This document shows positions 58,765 through 64,000 of a DNA stretch of 64,000 bases, one piece after another. A program made the translations under genes and the position numbers. The first letter of the stretch is position 1. Each line of letters starts with the position of its first letter. Under the pieces are notes generated by a model, which saw only the letters and a program-made list of their open reading frames with translations, did not search any database and was not told where the DNA came from. The stretch is from NCBI GenBank assembly GCA_016204385.1, contig JACQKW010000015.1:98155-162154 (forward strand). The letters run 5' to 3'. Source of the stretch: Candidatus Liptonbacteria bacterium. GTDB taxonomy: Bacteria > Patescibacteriota > Minisyncoccia > UBA6257 > 2-01-FULL-56-20.

Positions 58765-59006
58765 AAGAAACTGCCCGAGGATTGCCTCCGTAAAAGCGTG
58801 TAGATGCCGTCACGCGAATACGTGAGCGTGTATTGGTTTTCATTGTCCGCCTCGAACTGTGCGGATCCCTTGAGGCGCGCCTGATCGAAAAATACCGTCG
58901 CCTCCTCGCGCGCGAGGTCGTCGCGTAAATACGCAACACCGCTTTTCACGTCGTCTTCCGTCTCGTACTGCACGCGATAGCCGTGAATGGTGGTTTTTTC
59001 AAGCAT
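58761..59006 (-). CDS. Small hypothetical protein (81 aa)
   Basis: MLEKTTIHGY...; globular composition; convergent with smpB. Confidence 0.6.
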   Translation of the reverse strand: MLEKTTIHGYRVQYETEDDVKSGVAYLRDDLAREEATVFFDQARLKGSAQFEADNENQYTLTYSRDGIYTLLRRQSSGSFF

Positions 59007-59067
59007 TTTGTCTTTTATATGATAATAGCACGGTATTGTCCTTTTGATGCCAGCGAATGGGTACAGA

Positions 59068-59097
59068 AAAAGCGCTCCGACGTGTGGTCGGAGCGCG
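59068..59097 (-). terminator. Intrinsic terminator with arms identical to 26240-26269
   Basis: AAAAGCGCTCCGAC-N5-GTCGGAGCGCG on the plus strand. Confidence 0.75.
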
Positions 59098-59103
59098 TGG
59101 TCT

Positions 59104-59274
59104 TCACCTTGCGTCATCCCCTTCGATTTCGATGCCGCAGTGGGCGCAGTAGTCCGGGTCTTGGGCGTCGCGAACATGCGAGCCGGTGGGAGAATTGGGG
59201 CACGTTCCATCCACGTTTGGCATGCTGAACACATCGACAAATCGGCGCTCTTTCGGATGAGGTTCCATGCTCAT
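59104..59274 (-). CDS. Small Cys/His (Zn-binding-like) protein, 56 aa
   Basis: AAAGGAGG RBS; CP.SPTG.H...CAHCG; own terminator. Confidence 0.6.
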   Translation of the reverse strand: MSMEPHPKERRFVDVFSMPNVDGTCPNSPTGSHVRDAQDPDYCAHCGIEIEGDDAR

Positions 59275-59324
59275 ACCAGTCCTCCTTTCCAGAGAATACT
59301 GCGTTATAGAGTTCTCAAGGTGCA

Positions 59325-59455
59325 AAACGAAAAGAGCCGCCGAGAGGGGCGGCCCTTGCGTTACTTGTGTGCTTTAACTACCGCAGCCCTTCTCGTGCGC
59401 TCAAAGCTCGGTAGCTAAAGAAATTGATGTGGAGACGGTTATTCATCTCGATACC
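59325..59455 (-). ncRNA. Candidate small RNA or attenuator leader
   Basis: TTGACG-16-TATAAT promoter (59486-59459); 12-bp stem; GC hairpin followed by a U tract. Confidence 0.45.
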
Positions 59456-59557
59456 TTGATTATACTCCGCGAGAAGGTGCCGTCAAACCGGAAATGGGGA
59501 TAAAAAAACGCGCTGCCGGTGGGCAGCGCGGGCGTTGCGGAGCGCGTACGCGTCCGC

Positions 59558-59932
59558 CTAATGCACGGTGCAGTGGTTGGCGTCTTCCTCGTTGAGCTTT
59601 CGCCACGCACCCTCCGCAGAGCGAAGCTGTTCAAGGCGCTGCGCCCCTTGAACAATCTCCGCGGCATTCTTGACCCACACAAACGACCGGACTGCCGGGA
59701 GCACGCGTTCCTCGATTTTGGGAAGGCGGGACTCGCGCACCTGCGCAATGAGGTGATGGATTTCCTGTTCCGAGATGTGCGCGAGCAGAACACCCGTCCT
59801 CACCGTAAAGATCGCCGCCTCCTGCGACGCAAAGTACGGACTCGTCACGCCCGAGGGCGCAATGATGCGCCCGTGCATGCCGCAGTTCTCGCACCACTCA
59901 ATCCACGCCGCGGACCTCACGAGTTCGGCCAT
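59558..59932 (-). CDS. Hypothetical protein with CxxC..H
   Basis: GGAGGAGGTG RBS; TTGACA upstream; terminator 59502-59530. Confidence 0.65.
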   Translation of the reverse strand: MAELVRSAAWIEWCENCGMHGRIIAPSGVTSPYFASQEAAIFTVRTGVLLAHISEQEIHHLIAQVRESRLPKIEERVLPAVRSFVWVKNAAEIVQGAQRLEQLRSAEGAWRKLNEEDANHCTVH

Positions 59933-60065
59933 AGCACCTCCTCCACAAAAGTAGGATGTCGTAGAACTAAAAAGAGGAAAGCACGCGGCGCATCTTTTGT
60001 CAAGACGCGGCGGTCATAATAAAATCACCCCGCTTAGCGGGGATGATTTTATCGCAGAGAATTTT

Positions 60066-60287
60066 CTAACAGCACTTGCACTTTGATCCCATGAGCTTCA
60101 TGGCGCCGGCCGCAATCACAAGAATCGGCCACGCGTAGCCCGCAAATTCATCCGTGAGCGTTCCCGCCGTCCGGAGCAGAAACACGAGCCCAAAGAGTAT
60201 TATGAGGATCGGGATGATTTTGTGGTGCGTGCATCCGCAGACTTTCCCCTTCTCCATCATCCCCATTCCCATCTTATCTTCCATCAT
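60066..60287 (-). CDS. Small two-TM membrane protein with CxCxHH and terminal CxCC
   Basis: Two hydrophobic helices; terminator hairpin 60020-60050. Confidence 0.7.
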   Translation of the reverse strand: MMEDKMGMGMMEKGKVCGCTHHKIIPILIILFGLVFLLRTAGTLTDEFAGYAWPILVIAAGAMKLMGSKCKCC

Positions 60288-60445
60288 AATAATGTAAAAT
60301 GACCACCTCGACCTTTCTGGATCGCTTCTACGCTTATTATACCACTTCTGATTTTCAGGAGTCGGAAAACCGCCTTTTCGTCGCGTAGCTCGCTCAGGGC
60401 ACTTGAAAATCTAATCCCGCCTTTTAGGCTGGAATGCTTTTCTAA

Positions 60446-60653
60446 GTGGAGATGGGGGAATTGAACGTCGTCGCTCGCTATACAGCAAGCTCCTCCCTCA
60501 CAACCCACGGTTTTGAGTAATTTCCTATACGGGAGGACTCCATCTCCTCCCGACCCCTCCTTTTGTTCAATTCCACCCTTCAGAAATAAAATATCCCACC
60601 CTTGCGGTGGGGTATTTTATTTTAGTGGAGCGTATCGGGGCAGACCTCGAACC
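60446..60653 (-). mobile_element. tmRNA/tRNA 3'-end remnants; probable att junction of an integrated element
   Basis: The minus strand has GTTCAATTCCCCCATCTCCAC (60466-60446) and a second ...CTCCAC at 60630-60625 followed by a terminator (60584-60622); composition changes to the right. Confidence 0.5.
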
Positions 60654-60788
60654 GGATCCGCTTTAATCCAGGCGTTGTGGCGGTGGTTCGCGGAGAACCC
60701 CACGATCACCTTCCAGTATGGCACACGGAGCGATGGTGCCAAGGGGGCGGAAGTTGCCGCGTGACGCAAAAAAAGACCACCCTACAAT

Positions 60789-63368
60789 CTATAGGTCATA
60801 CTTCTGAATCCTTAACCTTAGAGCATCCTTACCACCTTCAAGATGCACAAGTAGTAGCTTGTTAGTCTCCAAATGATCTACTGCACCACTACTCTTGATT
60901 TCGCCCTTATCTGCGCTTGCATCAAGAACATGACTCAATTCTGCATCTGCACCCACAGCGATGTTCGGATTGTGAGTTGTGAAAATGAACTGGCGGTCCT
61001 CCTTGCTCCTTCGCAACGTCTTCACTACATGCCCGTATATGGATTGAGTGTCGAGGGGTTCCTCGGGTTGATCGATAACCAACGGCCCACGCCCTTCGAT
61101 CATAGCCAGTGAGATGATAACTGTGCCTTTCTGACCTGTAGATAGCTCACGAAGCGTCTTCTCCCGTCCTGGTTCGACAACGTAAGTGACCTCTGGTAGG
61201 TCCGGAAGCGATACACACTCGAGTTCATATAGCTCATCAAGGGGCTTACCCGAGAAGGATTCGACCAGCCGCTGTGAAACGCTCTGCGTTACCCCAGCCT
61301 GTTTCGCAAGGGAATTAATGTCGCCCTTCCTCACGAGTGCTAGAAGTTGCCGTGGTGAGAGTACCCTAGCCGCCTGTCGAATATCAGGCTCTCTTACATA
61401 GCCGCTCCGCGAAAGCGTTCGGATAGTCTCCTCAAACTCGGATCGGTCTCCGGACAAAACAACCTTTATCCGAACAAGGCCGCCCAGACCAACTTCGAAC
61501 TCCTCTGCCTTTTTGTTTCGCTTCTCCCATCTCCTTTTCCTGACCAGATCCAGCCGATCGAGCAGTCTGCCCCGCTGCGAGTCTAGAGTTCGTTCTTCCT
61601 CCCTTACCTTCGTTAGTTCTGCCCCGTGTTTCCTTAGAGTCTCGACTCGCTTTCCGAGGCTGCGGAAACGGGCATTTACCTTCCGAACATCTTTCTGACC
61701 CAGTTCTTCCAATGCGCTATCATGCTCATCCTTCTTAGCGTTGAACAGCGGCGTCAGCTCATCTGAGATCTTCTTAATGTTCTTTCGCAGCCCCTCGACC
61801 GATCCCAACAAGTCGCGCTTCGCAGAGGCGATGGCTTTGACAACAGCATCGTGGACGCCCTCCAGGCCCTTTATGATCTTCTTGTTTGGCGCATCCGCTG
61901 GTGCTGCTATTTCGACGTGTGTTAGATCAACATCGTCCAAAGCGTTTTCCATAGCTGAGCCGAGCTCGCCGAGTGCTTCATCCAGCGAGGCGACATATTC
62001 CTGTTCAGCCTCCCAGTTTGGAAATTCCTTCAGGACGGGATTCTTCAACTGTCGTTCAAGACTCTTATATTGAGTACGGGTCGCTTCCTTCCCGGTTTCT
62101 GGGTTGTCCAACTCGCTCTGAAGGTGAGATATCCGATCCTGGCATTTCACGAACTCCTTTGCATTCGTGCGAAGTTCATTCAGGATTCTGTTTTCCTCAG
62201 TCTGCTCCTCTTCAAGGGTTACTCTGCGGTCGATTAGGTCTAGCTGAGCGAGTGGATTTGAGGCAATCTGCACGAACTCCCCCTGACTGAAGAATGCCGG
62301 CGATGTCTCAAGCTGCGCCACACTGCCGGTGCCATCACGAACCTCTCTATCTGTTGCCCACGGCTGGACCTCTCTTTTAATGGTTTTCACTTCACCATCA
62401 CCATCAAGATACTCCACAACAACTGATCCGCCGTGGCCCACCAGCGAGGCAATCTTGCCTTCGTGATCCTCTCGGATATCCCTAAACTCTGACACATCAT
62501 CAAAACAGTACCGGAGCAGTTCGATTACCGTCGATTTCCCTGTCCCCTTTCCACCAACCAAGCAGTTGAGGCTCTCGTGGAAGCCAAACGACAATCCTCC
62601 AAAGAAACCCTGGTCGACTGAAAGCCGCATTATTCGAGGGTGGGTAGGTTCGCGGTAGTTCCAAGGAAATCGGACTCGCACTTCGTGATCCAGCAGAGCG
62701 TGGCGAACACCCCTAAGTGATGGCTTATCCATCTTGAGATATGTCACCCGTCGCCCGATTTCGGCAAGACTATGAGAATCCGATGAATGCGTGCAAGGCT
62801 TCGCGGGATAGGTAGGAGCGAGCTTGCCGTTGCAAAATTTGTCGATATCGGATTCCTTGGTGTGCTCGAGCGCAGCGAGTTGGGGGAGAGGCACGAGGGC
62901 AATCTTGTATTGGCCTTTCGCCTTCAACAACCCGTTGTTCTCATTGGCATGAGCGGCGATAGCGAGGCCTCCCGCCTCGTGAATTTTCTTTATGACGATT
63001 TCAGCATGATCATCTGAGATCGCCTCTTCTTTGCCTTGTGTGTCTCGTTGGATGCCGACGCTAATCAGAAGATCCGCGATCTTCGAAGTATCGTGGTTCA
63101 CCTCGAACAGTGCCAAGATGTGTCCTTCTGGAGTAGTAATCTCGACACCCGGGAGGACCGTGACAGTGCTCTTCTCGCTGGCGGAGCGCATGGATTCGAT
63201 CCACTCGACCGAGTTATGGTCCGTAATCCCGAGGATGTCGATGCCCTTCTTCGCCGCTTCCTGAATCAGCTTCTCTGGGGTGGCATCTTTGCCGGAGTGG
63301 TCTTTCGAGGCGGGTGTATGCGTGTGCAGGTCGGCTTTGTAGAACCGAGCGCCTTCAGAATCAGCCAT
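60789..63368 (-). CDS. PHP-domain + SMC/ABC-type ATPase fusion (Ppl/TrlF-like anti-phage protein)
   Basis: DLHTHTP, ITDHN, PGVE, AH and SDSH (PHP); GGKGTGKS, coiled coil, LSTGQ, IDQPE and FTTH (ATPase); start trimmed to ATG 63368. Confidence 0.88.
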   Translation of the reverse strand: MADSEGARFYKADLHTHTPASKDHSGKDATPEKLIQEAAKKGIDILGITDHNSVEWIESMRSASEKSTVTVLPGVEITTPEGHILALFEVNHDTSKIADLLISVGIQRDTQGKEEAISDDHAEIVIKKIHEAGGLAIAAHANENNGLLKAKGQYKIALVPLPQLAALEHTKESDIDKFCNGKLAPTYPAKPCTHSSDSHSLAEIGRRVTYLKMDKPSLRGVRHALLDHEVRVRFPWNYREPTHPRIMRLSVDQGFFGGLSFGFHESLNCLVGGKGTGKSTVIELLRYCFDDVSEFRDIREDHEGKIASLVGHGGSVVVEYLDGDGEVKTIKREVQPWATDREVRDGTGSVAQLETSPAFFSQGEFVQIASNPLAQLDLIDRRVTLEEEQTEENRILNELRTNAKEFVKCQDRISHLQSELDNPETGKEATRTQYKSLERQLKNPVLKEFPNWEAEQEYVASLDEALGELGSAMENALDDVDLTHVEIAAPADAPNKKIIKGLEGVHDAVVKAIASAKRDLLGSVEGLRKNIKKISDELTPLFNAKKDEHDSALEELGQKDVRKVNARFRSLGKRVETLRKHGAELTKVREEERTLDSQRGRLLDRLDLVRKRRWEKRNKKAEEFEVGLGGLVRIKVVLSGDRSEFEETIRTLSRSGYVREPDIRQAARVLSPRQLLALVRKGDINSLAKQAGVTQSVSQRLVESFSGKPLDELYELECVSLPDLPEVTYVVEPGREKTLRELSTGQKGTVIISLAMIEGRGPLVIDQPEEPLDTQSIYGHVVKTLRRSKEDRQFIFTTHNPNIAVGADAELSHVLDASADKGEIKSSGAVDHLETNKLLLVHLEGGKDALRLRIQKYDL

Positions 63369-63438
63369 GGTGCCTGAATAATACTCCTTCAGACAGGCCA
63401 CGTGAAGAGCGAGTGAGCGGGAGCTATCCTCCCTCCTG

Positions 63439-63654
63439 ATGGAAAGGGACGAAGAATTGGATTTCCTACGGAAGCTCTACCCTGGGCTCACCGAGGACGA
63501 GCTCCAGGCGGCCGGCGATCGTCTGGACGAGTACCTGGACCTGGCGCTCCGGATCTACGAGCGGCTCCGCCAGGACCCGGCCGCCTACCCACTGCTCAAG
63601 GCCCTCCTTGAGGAGCGGCGGGACAAGGGGGGAGACTCCGCCGACGACGGCTAG
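63439..63654 (+). CDS. Small helical protein of the island
   Basis: LYP.LTE.EL..A...L..YL.L..RIYER amphipathic pattern; strong C/G third-position bias. Confidence 0.65.
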   Translation: MERDEELDFLRKLYPGLTEDELQAAGDRLDEYLDLALRIYERLRQDPAAYPLLKALLEERRDKGGDSADDG

Positions 63655-64000
63655 CGGTTCGATTCCGCTCGGGTCTCAGCCGGGCTCGGGGGAGTTAAAG
63701 CTCGGACGAAGCAAGAAAACACCGATGTTCTGGTGTTTCTTCGCCACACTTCGGTTCTCTGTCAAGGCTACACGTTGTGGAGTACCGTGCAGGACATTCG
63801 AACCCTTTTTAGCGCGGAACCGCACACCGCAGAAGAACTCATGGCTCGGATACGCCAGGTCCTGGACCCCGGCTTCGAGAAGAAGTCGAGGCCGCGGCGT
63901 AACACTGGCAGCTCTCACCTCAGGTCTTGCGGACTGCCCTCCTGGGGCTCTAGCTCCGGGCACGGCCACGCGAGGCTTCTCCTCGCATCCTGACTCCCGG

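Noticed and set aside
63733-63993. 86-aa ORF at the window end
   Set aside because: No motif or clear RBS; may be the shadow of a gene extending beyond the window.

Overview
Bacterial genome fragment whose gene content and organisation suggest Patescibacteria/CPR (Parcubacteria-like; this is an inference). Positions 1-39.7 kb are a large, mostly minus-strand cell-surface glycan locus. It holds a GDP-heptose pathway (gmhA, hddA, gmhB, hddC-like), gmd-colD-fcl/colC, rfbB, a second 3-dehydratase, many GT2/CgeB glycosyltransferases, a flippase, two O-antigen-ligase-like proteins, YfhO, methyltransferases and an unusual panB + aminotransferase + TPP-enzyme trio. Positions 39.8-58.8 kb are housekeeping genes: rny, gpmI, secG, an ABC substrate-binding protein, a frameshifted pgi/pmi, tRNA-Leu, rnj, trpS, ileS, argS and smpB. 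From about 60.6 kb a probable island begins at a tmRNA/tRNA-like 3' end and carries a PHP-ATPase (Ppl-like) defence gene. The most striking unexplained structures are three. (i) A window-wide family of 7-nt-period degenerate repeat arrays: they flank an AT-rich four-helix-bundle gene as inverted arrays and also occur as 'empty' inverted arrays, at gene termini and in frame inside trpS and ileS. (ii) Short palindromic elements, frame-preserving and one nested inside another, inserted in coding sequences. (iii) Several promoter- and terminator-bounded structured small RNA candidates and plug-in accessory gene cassettes. All calls come from reading the sequence and motifs; no database search was run.
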